Assembly (NCBI GenBank): GCA_001785675.1
Contig: MFUJ01000016.1
Coordinates: 149-64,148, forward strand
Direction: 5' to 3'
DNA length: 64,000 nucleotides
Source: Candidatus Nomurabacteria bacterium RIFCSPHIGHO2_12_FULL_37_29
Lineage (GTDB): Bacteria > Patescibacteriota > Minisyncoccia > Phycocordibacterales > UBA9973
Made by a program: the position numbers and the translations under genes
Shown: positions 8,697-19,444 of the stretch, piece by piece
Layout of the letters: each line of letters opens with the position of its first letter
Numbering within the stretch: position 1 is the first letter of the stretch
Notes under the pieces: model-generated
Database searches by the model: none
What the model was told of the DNA's origin: nothing
Seen by the model: the letters and a program-made list of their open reading frames with translations, nothing else

Positions 8697-9548
8697 ATGT
8701 TAAAGATCGGGATTGTTGGTCTGCCAAATGTGGGGAAGTCCACGCTTTTTAATGCGTTGACGAAAAAGAGTGTACCAGCAGAAAATTATCCCTTTTGTAC
8801 TATTGATCCATCGGTAGGTATTGTTCCTGTGCCAGATGAAAGATTAGATAAACTATCAGCCATGTCTAAGTCCAAGAAAAAGATTCCTGCAGTGGTAGAA
8901 TTTGTAGATATTGCGGGATTGGTGAAGGGGGCAAGCGAGGGCGCAGGACTCGGTAATAAATTCCTTTCCCATATTAGAGAAGTGGATGCAATCATTGAAG
9001 TGGTGCGAATTTTTGAAGATAAAGATATGATTCATGTTCACGATAATATTGACCCGCTTTTTGATATTGAAGTTATAAATTTTGAACTTGAACAAGCTGG
9101 AATTACAAAACCGACTTTGTATGTGCTTAACACATCAGAAGCGGCAGAGAGTGTGAAAAAAGATTTTATATCAAAACTTCCAGGCCCACATATTGAAATT
9201 GATCCTATTTTTGGAACTGGTTTGGATAATCTAGTACAAGCAAGCTACGATCTTTTAAATTTAATTACTTTTTTCACTACCGGCGAAGATGAATCGAGGG
9301 CTTGGACTACGTTTCGTGGAGCGACCGCGCCTTTTGCTGGTCGCGCTATCCATAATGATTTTAAAGAAAAATTTATCCGCGCAGAAGTAATTAACTGGAA
9401 AGATTTATTAGACTGTGGCCGTTCAGGCTCTGAAGAGCCCTCAGGCTCGATGAGCTCTTATGTTGTCGCTCGCTCCAAAGGACTAGTGCGAACTGAAGGT
9501 AAAGAGTATATTGTGCAAGATGGAGATGTGATTGAATTTTTAATATGA
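8697..9548 (+). CDS. ychF: Obg-family ATPase YchF (short form)
   Basis: GLPNVGKST, NYPFCTIDP, DIAGLVKGAS, EGKEYIVQDGD. Confidence 0.92.
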   Translation: MLKIGIVGLPNVGKSTLFNALTKKSVPAENYPFCTIDPSVGIVPVPDERLDKLSAMSKSKKKIPAVVEFVDIAGLVKGASEGAGLGNKFLSHIREVDAIIEVVRIFEDKDMIHVHDNIDPLFDIEVINFELEQAGITKPTLYVLNTSEAAESVKKDFISKLPGPHIEIDPIFGTGLDNLVQASYDLLNLITFFTTGEDESRAWTTFRGATAPFAGRAIHNDFKEKFIRAEVINWKDLLDCGRSGSEEPSGSMSSYVVARSKGLVRTEGKEYIVQDGDVIEFLI

Positions 9549-9551
9549 GAA

Positions 9552-9666
9552 ATAAAATTTTGAATACAATTTTTCTCCGGTACGAATTTTTTGAAGCTTA
9601 AAAAATCCTGAAGTTTGTTCGCCGTCGCTCACAAAACCCCTGCGAAAAGTTTATTCAAAATTTTAT
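9552..9666. repeat. Intergenic palindromic element
   Basis: 15 bp terminal inverted repeat ataaaattttgaata / tattcaaaattttat; inner T-run/A-run hairpin; ttcgccgtcgctcac motif. Confidence 0.7.
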
Positions 9667-9674
9667 AAATCAAC

Positions 9675-10562
9675 ATGAAACAAATCAAAATTTTTTATTC
9701 AGAGAGTTGGACAGACTATGAACTTCTAGATACTGGAGAGGGAGAAAAATTGGAGCATTTTGGTTCATATACTTTTGTGCGTCCATTAGAAGATGCTTTT
9801 TGGTCAAAAACTTTATCCCAAAAAGAATGGGACAAAGCTAATGGTAAATTTTGGAGTTCAAAAGTAGGTGCAAAGGCAGGGTGGAAAATGCAAGGCAAAA
9901 TTGAAGAGAAATGGAAAATGTCATGTAAAAATATTAAATTTTTTGCCTCTCCCACACCATTTCGTCATTTGGGATTTTTCCCAGAACAAGCTGTGCATTG
10001 GGATTTTATAGAAAAGAAAATTAAGCAATCAAAAAAACCAGTTAAATTTCTAAATTTATTTGGTTACACTGGTGTGGCGAGTCTTTTTGCTCTGCGTGCT
10101 GGGGCGGAGGTGACACATATTGATGCTTCAAAGCAAATTTTAAATTGGGCAAAAGAAAACCAAAAATTATCAGATCTTAATAAATTACCTATGCGTATTA
10201 TTGAAGATGATGTTTTAAAATTTTTGGAGCGTGAAGTAAAAAGAGGAAATAAGTATGATGCTATCATCATGGATCCGCCAAAGTTCGGCAGGGGACCTAA
10301 AGGGGAAATTTGGAAATTGGAAGTTATGCTTCCAAAACTTCTTGCACAAGTACAAAAAGTTTTAAGTGATAAGCCACTTTTTGTAATTTTAACTTCTTAC
10401 GGAATTGATTCTTCATCATTAACACTCGGCTATGCACTTGCTGACATGATGAAAAATTTTACTGGCGATGTTGAGGCAGGTGAGCTTTGTGTGCTAGAAA
10501 AATCCAACAATCGTCTTATTTCATTAGCAAATACGGCTGTCTGGAGTGTACTTTCTAAATAA
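9675..10562 (+). CDS. Class I SAM-dependent methyltransferase (RlmI/RlmK-like)
   Basis: LGFFPEQ, LNLFGYTG, IIMDPPKFG. Confidence 0.85.
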   Translation: MKQIKIFYSESWTDYELLDTGEGEKLEHFGSYTFVRPLEDAFWSKTLSQKEWDKANGKFWSSKVGAKAGWKMQGKIEEKWKMSCKNIKFFASPTPFRHLGFFPEQAVHWDFIEKKIKQSKKPVKFLNLFGYTGVASLFALRAGAEVTHIDASKQILNWAKENQKLSDLNKLPMRIIEDDVLKFLEREVKRGNKYDAIIMDPPKFGRGPKGEIWKLEVMLPKLLAQVQKVLSDKPLFVILTSYGIDSSSLTLGYALADMMKNFTGDVEAGELCVLEKSNNRLISLANTAVWSVLSK

Positions 10563-10586
10563 AGTAGTTTATGGTAAAATTACCCT

Positions 10587-11612
10587 ATGGAAACACAAAC
10601 AAATGTTATAAAGTCAAAGTTTGGGATAGGATTCTTTTTCCTTTGCCTCGGAATGTTGATCGCATTAACAACTTCAGTCGTATCATTTCTAAATCTTGTT
10701 TTTGAAACGCTTAACAAGCGTTTTCCGGATGTTTTGAATTCTAGTTATCAATATGGTTATTCCACTTACGAATACGAAGGCATTCGAATGGCGCTCGCTA
10801 CCCTCATCATCTTTTTTCCAATTTTTTTATCCATATCTTATTTTTGGAATAAAATTAGAAACAGGGGATTGGAACATATAGACGAAGTGATTCAAAAGTG
10901 GCTTATATATATAATTTTATTTCTTTCATCAATTGTCACAGTGGTTGACCTGGTGACTCTAGTAAAATATTTTATTTCCGGAGAAGTTACAAGTCGGTTT
11001 ATTTTGAAAGTGGCATCTGTTTTAGTGGTGGCTCTTTTGGTGGGTGTTTATTATATATTTTTACTGCGAAGCAAAGACAATTCTCAGTCAAGAATCGGGA
11101 TGATTTTTGGATTAGTTGGGGTTGTTCTCGTCGTGGTCTCTATTTTTTACAGTTTTTCTGTTATTGGTAGTCCAGCAAAACAAAGACTGCTTCGTTTGGA
11201 CGACAGAAGGGTAAATGATCTTCAAAATATCCAATACCAAGTAATTAATTTTTGGCAGCAAAAAGAAAAATTGCCAGCAAATTTGACCGAGCTTTCCAAT
11301 CCACTTTCTGGTTATTCTCTACCTATTCCGCCAGAATTTGAGAAAGGAGAAACTTATGAATACAAAGTTCTCAGTCTGCTTAAGTTTGAATTTTGCGCGA
11401 CTTTTGCCTTGCCTATTCCTAAAGGTTGGCGCGAACATAATGGAGGTGGAGTAGTGCCGATGCTGGCTTATGAAAAAGATGTATCAATGACATATCCTTA
11501 CCCCCGTCCCGGTGGAGTGAATGAATCTTGGGACCATCAGGCCGGACGAACTTGTTTTGAAAGAACAATAGACAAAGATATTTATCCTCCATATCCTAAA
11601 CCTTTACGATAA
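10587..11612 (+). CDS. DUF5671-type membrane protein
   Basis: Several TM helices followed by GSP..QR..RLD..RV.DL. Confidence 0.7.
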   Translation: METQTNVIKSKFGIGFFFLCLGMLIALTTSVVSFLNLVFETLNKRFPDVLNSSYQYGYSTYEYEGIRMALATLIIFFPIFLSISYFWNKIRNRGLEHIDEVIQKWLIYIILFLSSIVTVVDLVTLVKYFISGEVTSRFILKVASVLVVALLVGVYYIFLLRSKDNSQSRIGMIFGLVGVVLVVVSIFYSFSVIGSPAKQRLLRLDDRRVNDLQNIQYQVINFWQQKEKLPANLTELSNPLSGYSLPIPPEFEKGETYEYKVLSLLKFEFCATFALPIPKGWREHNGGGVVPMLAYEKDVSMTYPYPRPGGVNESWDHQAGRTCFERTIDKDIYPPYPKPLR

Positions 11613-11678
11613 TGTCAAAGTGTCTCTTTGACAAAAAACCGCTTTGCATAAAAGCGTTTTTTTGTTTATTATGAAGTG

Positions 11679-14084
11679 ATGAAAGAATACGACCATAAAA
11701 AAATCGAGAAAAAGTGGCAAACTATTTGGCAAGAAAACAAAGTATATAAAACTCTGGACAACTCCAAGAAAAAAAAGTTTTATGTCTTGGATATGTTTCC
11801 TTATGTTTCCGGGGAAGGTATTCACGTCGGGCATCCGAAAGGATACATAGCGACTGATGTGGTTTCCAGAATGAAAAGGATGCAGGGTTTCAATGTGTTG
11901 CACCCAATGGGCTTTGATGCCTTCGGTCTTCCGGCGGAGAATTACGCCATCAAGACGAAGACAAATCCTGTGATATCAGTAGCAAAAAATATTGCTAGAT
12001 TTAAAAAACAATTAGCAATTATTGGTTTTGATTATGACTGGGAGAGAGAAGTCAATACTTCTGACCCGAAGTTTTATAAATGGACTCAGTGGATATTTTT
12101 GAAGCTTTTGGAAAAGGGTTTGGCTTACGAATCTAATGAACCGGTGAACTGGTGTCCAAAAGACAGAACTGTTTTAGCCAATGAAGATGTGGAAGATGGA
12201 AAATGTGAAAGATGCGGAACTATTGTTGAGAAGAAGCCCATTCGTCAGTGGGTTTTGAAAATCACTGATTATGCTGACAGACTGCTTGCAGACTTAGATG
12301 AACTCGATTGGCCGGAATCTATAAAAGAGTCACAGAAGAATTGGATCGGCAGGAGTGAAGGTGCAGAAATTAATTTTCAAATTATATTTAAAAATGGAGG
12401 TAAACCTGGCTTGATACCAATTTTTACCACGAGGCCAGATACTATCTTTGGTGCTACATACTTAGTTCTTTCTCCTGAACATCCTTGGGTGACTCTGGCA
12501 ATAGACGATAATCACAAAGGAGTGATAGATAATGTCCTTGAGGTAGGGAAGTATGTTAAAGAAGTTAAAAACAAAAATGACATAGAGCGTACATCTCTAG
12601 ACAAAGTAAAGACAGGGGTAGAGCTCAAAGGAGTAAAAGCAATTAATCCAGCAACGAGAGAAGAAATTCCTGTCTGGATCGCAGACTATGTACTTCTGAA
12701 CTACGGTACTGGGGCAGTCATGGCAGTACCAGCCGATGATGCGCGCGACAGAGAGTTTTCAGAAAAATTTAAGTTGCCAATTTTTGAAAATTATCAAAAA
12801 GCCGGGTTTGAAGATTTTGGGAAAAAAGTTATAAAATTTAAACTTCGGGACTGGGTATTTTCTCGCCAGAGGTATTGGGGTGAACCGATTCCTATCTTGC
12901 GTGTCGTAGATCCTGAGGGGATCGAAGGAATGGGCAAGGTTATTCCAGTTAAAGAAAAAGATTTGCCTGTTAAATTGCCAAAAGTTAAATCTTACGAGCC
13001 GACAGGAACTGCAGAGTCGCCTTTGGCTAATGTGTCAAATTGGATAAATGTAAAAAAAGGCCAGAAAATCTTTAAGAGAGAGAGTAACACCATGCCTCAA
13101 TGGGCTGGTAGTTCTTGGTATTATCTTCGTTATATGGATCCAAAGAATAACAAAGCATTGGTTGATAAAAAAAAAGAAAAATATTGGAATATGGTGGATT
13201 TGTATGTTGGTGGCGCAGAACATGCGACTAGACACTTGATATACGCGAGGTTTTGGCATAAATTCCTCTATGATATAGGTGTTGTTGAAAATAAAGAACC
13301 TTTCAAAAGACTTCAACACGTGGGGCTTATTATAGCTTCTGATGGAAGAAAGATGTCAAAAAGGTTTGGAAATATTATAAATCCAGATACTGTAATTCAT
13401 ACTTTCGGTGCAGACACACTACGACTTTATGAAATGTTTATGGGGCCATTTGATCAAGCAGTTGCTTGGAGTGAGGAAGCAATAATAGGCCCAAGGAGAT
13501 TTTTAGAGAGAGTTTGGAAAATTGGAAAGAAAGTAAAAGAAAGGGAGACAAAGGATTTTCTGAGCCTTCGCCCTCGGAGTCGTAAGGGCAGGGAACCCAC
13601 GACTCTTGAAAATCCTTTGTCTCCCTTTCTTCAGAAACTCCTACACAAAACTATCAAAAAAGTTACAGAAGACATCGAAGCAATGAAATTTAATACTGCG
13701 ATTTCTTCACTCATGATTTTTATGAATGAAGTTGAGAAGTTTGATTCGCTCTCGTCAGATGTGTATAAAAAATTCTTACAGATTCTTGCGCCATTTGCGC
13801 CGCATATCACCGAAGAGTTATGGAATATGCTTGGAGAGAAAAAGTCTATCCATCTTTCATCCTGGCCAAAATATGATTCAGAGAAAATAAAAGACAAAGA
13901 AATAAAAATCATAGTACAAATAAACGGCAAAGTCAGAGCCGAGATTTTAGTAGAAGGGGATGAGACAGAAGAAAATATAAAGCAAAAATCTCTCAAGAAT
14001 GAAGCTGTCTCAAAATATACAGAAGATAAAGAAATAAAAAAAATAATTTATGTTAAAAACAGACTTATTAACATTGTACTGTAG
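11679..14084 (+). CDS. leuS: Leucine--tRNA ligase
   Basis: MFPY.SG..HVGH, KMSKR, TTRPDT, DW.FSRQRYWG. Confidence 0.97.
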   Translation: MKEYDHKKIEKKWQTIWQENKVYKTLDNSKKKKFYVLDMFPYVSGEGIHVGHPKGYIATDVVSRMKRMQGFNVLHPMGFDAFGLPAENYAIKTKTNPVISVAKNIARFKKQLAIIGFDYDWEREVNTSDPKFYKWTQWIFLKLLEKGLAYESNEPVNWCPKDRTVLANEDVEDGKCERCGTIVEKKPIRQWVLKITDYADRLLADLDELDWPESIKESQKNWIGRSEGAEINFQIIFKNGGKPGLIPIFTTRPDTIFGATYLVLSPEHPWVTLAIDDNHKGVIDNVLEVGKYVKEVKNKNDIERTSLDKVKTGVELKGVKAINPATREEIPVWIADYVLLNYGTGAVMAVPADDARDREFSEKFKLPIFENYQKAGFEDFGKKVIKFKLRDWVFSRQRYWGEPIPILRVVDPEGIEGMGKVIPVKEKDLPVKLPKVKSYEPTGTAESPLANVSNWINVKKGQKIFKRESNTMPQWAGSSWYYLRYMDPKNNKALVDKKKEKYWNMVDLYVGGAEHATRHLIYARFWHKFLYDIGVVENKEPFKRLQHVGLIIASDGRKMSKRFGNIINPDTVIHTFGADTLRLYEMFMGPFDQAVAWSEEAIIGPRRFLERVWKIGKKVKERETKDFLSLRPRSRKGREPTTLENPLSPFLQKLLHKTIKKVTEDIEAMKFNTAISSLMIFMNEVEKFDSLSSDVYKKFLQILAPFAPHITEELWNMLGEKKSIHLSSWPKYDSEKIKDKEIKIIVQINGKVRAEILVEGDETEENIKQKSLKNEAVSKYTEDKEIKKIIYVKNRLINIVL
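13538..13630. repeat. In-frame palindromic insertion in leuS
   Basis: Perfect 23 bp inverted repeat agaaagggagacaaaggattttc / gaaaatcctttgtctccctttct spanning 93 bp. Confidence 0.8.
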
Positions 14085-14167
14085 GCTACCTTATCCACAC
14101 TAAGGTTTTTCTATCAAATATATTATTATTATTGTATAATATGTATGTTTCCGCAAATATAAAAAAT

Positions 14168-17100
14168 ATGTTCCCCAAACTTAACGAAAAGTATCTATTA
14201 CTATTGCGGTCCCTCTTTGGTTCCATTATTCTGTTTTTAGTCGTTTTTATTTTTCCCTCAAGCACTAGGGCTTTTGATTTTTCGACTGAATTAAATAATG
14301 TAAATAATTCTCTTCAAAATGTCTATAATAAATATATTTTATCACCCATAGGCAAAGGGTTGTTAGAAACGTCCTCTATTTCTAAAGAATATATTATCCA
14401 GTCGGTAAATAATATTACCAGTGAAATTGGAAAGGCTCCCAGGAAGATAGTTTCCAAAATTTCTAATGCTGAACTTTATTCTTCTATTTCTTTGGTTGCT
14501 AACCCCTTAACAGAATTAAGCGAATCCCTCTTTAATACTTATTACAATTACGTTATCAATCCACTAGGCGATGGGATTTCTGAAATCTTTTTTCTTTTTG
14601 AAAACCAAAATTCTGAACCATCAATTTCATCAAAAACTACTCCAACTTCTCCCAATACAATAGTTTCCTCTTCGCCCACCCCAAGCACTTCAAACACATC
14701 GGGCATTTCAGACCCTTCAAGTATTCCGCAATTTCCTGCTTCTCCCCACCCAAACACCATAGGTGAGCAGGTCTTGTCAGGAGTTAGTGTTTCTGCCAAA
14801 ACCCCTACCGCTAAAACAATTTACACCCAAGGCCTTCCAGGACCACAAGGCTTACAGGGTCCAGCAGGTCCAGCAGGTCCAGCAGGTCCTGCAGGAACAT
14901 CAGGCGGTTTTGCTCCACTCTCTCCTCCCTCCTTTGCTCCACCAAGCTATAATAATAATCAAATCATAGGTAACAGTGGTGGCTTTGCTTCGCTTGGAGT
15001 TCAAGATCTAATTGCGACTACATTAAATATTACCGGGGTCTCTACGCTTGCCAGCCTCGCTATTACTGGTGGTTCTACATTGACTGGCAATCTAACCGTT
15101 TCTGGTACAATTAACGGGACTTCTCTACCAACCTCCGGAACACTTTATGGCACAGCAACTGATTCAATCACATCTCTTCAGTTATTGACTTCGGTTTCCA
15201 ATGAAACAGGCACAGGTGCCTTAGTATTTGGAACTTCTCCGACTTTTACTACAAACATTACAACTCCTCTTATTGTCGGTGGCACAGCTGTTGGTTCAGG
15301 TGTCACTTATAAATCTACCACAGGCATAGGAACAGTAACAGGTATCGCTCATCAATTTGTCGGTGGAACTGACGGAGCAACTGTTGCAATGACCGTTTTG
15401 AATAATGGTTTCGTCGGCATTGGGACAAGTACACCAAATTTTGGTTTGGAAGTAACAACTTCAAAAGGCAATACGACGGCCAAATTAGGAGCTAGTGACG
15501 CGCTTTATACCATTTATAGTAATCCCGCACTTGGCTTTAACGCTTATTATGACAGCGGATGGAAATATGGTAACGCATCCCCGGCAAACTACGCTGCTTT
15601 AATTAGCCGTTCCAATACAGGTGATCTTTCTTTTTCGGTCGCTGGTACCGGCACTGCTGACTCGGCTATTACCTGGGCTAGTCCGCTGGTTATTTTAAAT
15701 TCTGGCAATATCGGTATCGGGACGACGGTGCCATTAGACCCATTAGAGGTAGTGGGTGTGAGTGGCGCATATAATGGAAATGGAAATGAAAGCATCTTTC
15801 AAATCACAACAGGGACGGGACTAATTACAGACGACAAACTTCAATTTGGAATTGTTGATGGGAGTTATTCGTGGTTACAGGCACTTGACCCGATGAACGA
15901 ATACAGAAATCTTGCCCTTCAACCAGGCGGGGGTAACATCGGTATCGGGACGACGGGACCGGGAGTTAAATTAGAAATTGAACATGCACAAGCGAGTGAA
16001 GCTGGTTTTGGTACTCCAGCAGTTTTGGTTGATGTTAGTAATAATTTTGGTAATAAAGTTATTGATTTAATAAGATTAGACCGTACAGTTTCTGGAGATG
16101 TAGGATCAGCTGGGGTAGGTGCTGGAATTTTGTTTAGGACAGAAGATTCTGCTGGAAATTTAGATGAAGTTGCAAGAATTACTGCTTTGCATTCAACCGT
16201 AACAAGCGGAAGCGAAGTTGGCGATATTAGATTTCAAACAAGGAGTAACGGAAGTGCGATTGCTGATGTTGTGACCATACAAGGCAGCAAGGTCGGTATC
16301 GGGACAACGGCGCCTTCAACATTACTTCATGTTGGTCTAGCAGGAACGACACTGGGAACTATTGGTGTAGCGGGGAATACCTCCGGACTGGTTACCATTC
16401 AACCAGCAGCTGCAGCAGGAACTTGGACTCTCACTTTACCCACCGCGGTGGGCGCCGCAGGTCAGCAACTGACTGATGCGGCAGGAAATGGTATAACTTC
16501 CTGGACGGCAGCAGGTTCAAAGAGAGAGTACAAAAACATACTTGGGACAGTTGAACCAGAAGAAGCTTTGTCGACGATTCTTGACACTCCCGTGTATAGG
16601 TTCAAATACAAAGCAGGATTTGGTACTGGAGACTATAGTACCGAGTACGTAGGGGTAATGGCAGATGAAGCTCCTTGGGCAGTACACTTTAACGGGACAA
16701 TTATAAATCCTGTTAATACGCTCGGATATGCCGTGCTTGGCATTCAGGCATTGGATGAAAAAGTGAATTTGCTGGATTTTAAAATAAAAGACTTACAGAT
16801 AAATGCTCTTGGTGTAAACACTCCTTTGATAAGCAGAGGGCAAGCAGGAAGTCTAACCGACACCCTAGGCGCTTATGCCAGTGCATTTTTTAGTGATGTA
16901 TTGCAAAAAGTTGAAAATGGTGTGGCGCAGGTGAAAGATTTGGTTGCAGAGACATTAAAAGTCGGTAGTTCCGAAAAACGTACTGGCATAACTTTGTATG
17001 ATGAAGTTACTGGAGACCCATATTGTCTCTCAATTACAAATGGGACAACAAAAACTGCTCCGGGCGAATGCGTTACCATAGAACCTCCAGCACCAATACT

Positions 17101-17203
17101 AGTGCCTGCACCTAATCCAGAACCTACACCTCAGCCAGAGGCTGGTCAGCCTCCGGCTGAAACTCCAACTCCTGTGTCTGAACCAGAACCTGTTGTTGAA
17201 TAA
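14168..17203 (+). CDS. Large fibre-like surface protein (collagen-like repeat, GIGT repeats, S74-like intramolecular chaperone domain)
   Basis: N-terminal TM/signal; GXY repeat GLPGPQGLQGPAGPAGPAG; four (V/I)GIGT repeats; SKREYKNI...YRFKYK...GVMA; start uncertain (14141 or 14168). Confidence 0.75.
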   Translation: MFPKLNEKYLLLLRSLFGSIILFLVVFIFPSSTRAFDFSTELNNVNNSLQNVYNKYILSPIGKGLLETSSISKEYIIQSVNNITSEIGKAPRKIVSKISNAELYSSISLVANPLTELSESLFNTYYNYVINPLGDGISEIFFLFENQNSEPSISSKTTPTSPNTIVSSSPTPSTSNTSGISDPSSIPQFPASPHPNTIGEQVLSGVSVSAKTPTAKTIYTQGLPGPQGLQGPAGPAGPAGPAGTSGGFAPLSPPSFAPPSYNNNQIIGNSGGFASLGVQDLIATTLNITGVSTLASLAITGGSTLTGNLTVSGTINGTSLPTSGTLYGTATDSITSLQLLTSVSNETGTGALVFGTSPTFTTNITTPLIVGGTAVGSGVTYKSTTGIGTVTGIAHQFVGGTDGATVAMTVLNNGFVGIGTSTPNFGLEVTTSKGNTTAKLGASDALYTIYSNPALGFNAYYDSGWKYGNASPANYAALISRSNTGDLSFSVAGTGTADSAITWASPLVILNSGNIGIGTTVPLDPLEVVGVSGAYNGNGNESIFQITTGTGLITDDKLQFGIVDGSYSWLQALDPMNEYRNLALQPGGGNIGIGTTGPGVKLEIEHAQASEAGFGTPAVLVDVSNNFGNKVIDLIRLDRTVSGDVGSAGVGAGILFRTEDSAGNLDEVARITALHSTVTSGSEVGDIRFQTRSNGSAIADVVTIQGSKVGIGTTAPSTLLHVGLAGTTLGTIGVAGNTSGLVTIQPAAAAGTWTLTLPTAVGAAGQQLTDAAGNGITSWTAAGSKREYKNILGTVEPEEALSTILDTPVYRFKYKAGFGTGDYSTEYVGVMADEAPWAVHFNGTIINPVNTLGYAVLGIQALDEKVNLLDFKIKDLQINALGVNTPLISRGQAGSLTDTLGAYASAFFSDVLQKVENGVAQVKDLVAETLKVGSSEKRTGITLYDEVTGDPYCLSITNGTTKTAPGECVTIEPPAPILVPAPNPEPTPQPEAGQPPAETPTPVSEPEPVVE

Positions 17204-17279
17204 AAAATATAAAAAATGTGTTGTGGGTTAACATCGTTTTGTAATTTGCACTTTTAAAATAGAATATAGTATAATAAAA

Positions 17280-19361
17280 TTGATGAAATCAAATATATTT
17301 GACAAGATTTCTTTTCTTTCTTTATTTTTAGTTGTTGTATTGTTACCATTTTTCTTTTTACCTTTCACTAATATCCCGATTGAAACTTTAAAAGGATTGC
17401 TTTTGGTAGTAGGACTTGCTGTTTGTATTATTTTTTGGGCCATAGCTCGTTTTTCTGATGGTAAAATCAGTTTTCCTAAATCTTTGATTTTAGTCGGAGG
17501 CGCAGGTATCATCTTGGCGTTTTTTCTTTCAGCTCTTTTTTCTGAAGCGTCCGGAATATCTTTTTTTGGCACAATTTTTGAGATAGGCACCTTCTGGTTT
17601 ATTTCTGCTGGTTTTCTTTTAATGCTTTTTTCTTCCATTATCTTTCGAAATCTGCAAAATGCCAAAATGCTTTTATCTGGAATAATGTTTTTTTCGATTA
17701 TCGTTTTGGTTTTTCAAGGCCTTCGTTTTTTTATGCCAGAGATTTTATCACTGGGAGTTTTAGGCGGAAAAACTGACAATATTTTGGGATCTTGGAATGC
17801 ATTTGGAATCTTTGCTGGGTTTTCTGCTCTTACCTCACTTTTGATAAGTGAATTTTTTTTGGTTACAAGGAAGACCCAATGGATACTTAGGATATTGGTT
17901 TTGTTTTCAATGGTATTTATTGCTGCCGTTAATTTGCTATTTGTTTGGGAAATTCTTGGAATTTTCAGTCTATTTATTTTTGTTTATAAAGTTTCTGTTA
18001 ACTCTAATGAAAAAGATGGCGAAGAGAAAAAAATCCATTTTCCAGCTTTTTCTTTTATCATAGTTATGATAACTCTCCTGTTTTTTATATCGGGAGCTTT
18101 TATTGGGGAAATCTTACCACGGCATCTAGGATTATCAAATACCGAAGTCAGTCCGTCTTTGGGGGCTACAATGTCAGTAACCAAATCAGTTCTCGCCAAT
18201 GATCCAATTTTTGGTATAGGTCCAAATAGATTCGGAGTTGCCTGGGCAATGTATAAACCTACCTCGGTCAATAATACTGTCTTTTGGGATGTTTTTTTTA
18301 ATTCTGGTTCGGGATTGTTGCCAACTCTTGCCTCTACTACTGGGTATCTTGGTATTCTCGCTTGGCTTATTTTCTTTATTTTGTTAATAGTCACTGGTAT
18401 GAGATTTCTTTTTGTTGGCATTAAAAGGATTATAAATCGTGAAATAATAGTATTTTTTTTATTATCTCTTTATTTATTTATTTCCTCCTTCTTTTACTCT
18501 ACAGGTTCTGTAATATTTTTATTAGCTTTTGCTTTTACAGGAGTGTTTATAGGTTTGTACACTTTTAATAGTCCGAATGGGAAAATTTCTATATCGTTTT
18601 TGGATGATCATAGAAAAAGTTTTTTTTCTATACTGCTTCTCGTAGTCGTTATAATTATTTCTGTTACCACTGCGTTTGAATACATACAGCGCTTTGCTTC
18701 TGTTTCCTATTTTAGAAAAACACTTTTGGCGTCAAACATTCCAGATGCCCAAGTATCCATAGGCAAAGCTATTTCACTTTATTCAAATGATCTGTATATG
18801 CGGACTTACGCGCAGATATATCTCATTAAATTAAATTCCTTAATTAAACAGGGAGTATCATTATCTGATGCAGATAAAGCTACACTACAAGCAAATTTAG
18901 ATCAAGCCGTGAATGGTGCGCAATTGGCGGTAACATATGATCCGAAAAATTATTTAAATTTTCAAGCAATCGGTTCTGTATATCAAACAGTTGCCTCATT
19001 CGGTGTTCCGGGTGCTTATAGTAAAGCGATCGAAGCGCACGAGATAGCATCGAGTCTTAATCCGAATAATCCGAGTATAAAACTATCTATAGCAAACGCT
19101 TTTTTTGCCGATGGAAAAATCAAAGAAGCCAAAGAATATGCGAAGATGTCCCTTTCCCTTAAGCCAGATTATATTGATGCTTTGATCACTCTTTCTCAAA
19201 TAGTAAAGAGTGAGGGTGATAATGCAAGTGCACTTTCTTATGCAGAGAGAGCGCTTGCCATTTCTCCCACGAATCAAGACCTGATACAATATATGGAATC
19301 TTTAAAGAATTTAAATGGAGCTACTAAAAAAGACGAAGACTCAGAAAAGAAAACACCATAA
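17280..19361 (+). CDS. O-antigen ligase-like polytopic membrane protein with C-terminal TPRs
   Basis: Many TM helices, P.FG.GP..F motif, TPR-like tail. Confidence 0.7.
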   Translation: MMKSNIFDKISFLSLFLVVVLLPFFFLPFTNIPIETLKGLLLVVGLAVCIIFWAIARFSDGKISFPKSLILVGGAGIILAFFLSALFSEASGISFFGTIFEIGTFWFISAGFLLMLFSSIIFRNLQNAKMLLSGIMFFSIIVLVFQGLRFFMPEILSLGVLGGKTDNILGSWNAFGIFAGFSALTSLLISEFFLVTRKTQWILRILVLFSMVFIAAVNLLFVWEILGIFSLFIFVYKVSVNSNEKDGEEKKIHFPAFSFIIVMITLLFFISGAFIGEILPRHLGLSNTEVSPSLGATMSVTKSVLANDPIFGIGPNRFGVAWAMYKPTSVNNTVFWDVFFNSGSGLLPTLASTTGYLGILAWLIFFILLIVTGMRFLFVGIKRIINREIIVFFLLSLYLFISSFFYSTGSVIFLLAFAFTGVFIGLYTFNSPNGKISISFLDDHRKSFFSILLLVVVIIISVTTAFEYIQRFASVSYFRKTLLASNIPDAQVSIGKAISLYSNDLYMRTYAQIYLIKLNSLIKQGVSLSDADKATLQANLDQAVNGAQLAVTYDPKNYLNFQAIGSVYQTVASFGVPGAYSKAIEAHEIASSLNPNNPSIKLSIANAFFADGKIKEAKEYAKMSLSLKPDYIDALITLSQIVKSEGDNASALSYAERALAISPTNQDLIQYMESLKNLNGATKKDEDSEKKTP

Positions 19362-19444
19362 TCAAATAAATGAATAAATCCTGTGCGAAATTCACAGGAC
19401 ATATGTTATGCTGTAATAGTTATTAAATAATTAATTTCTACAGA

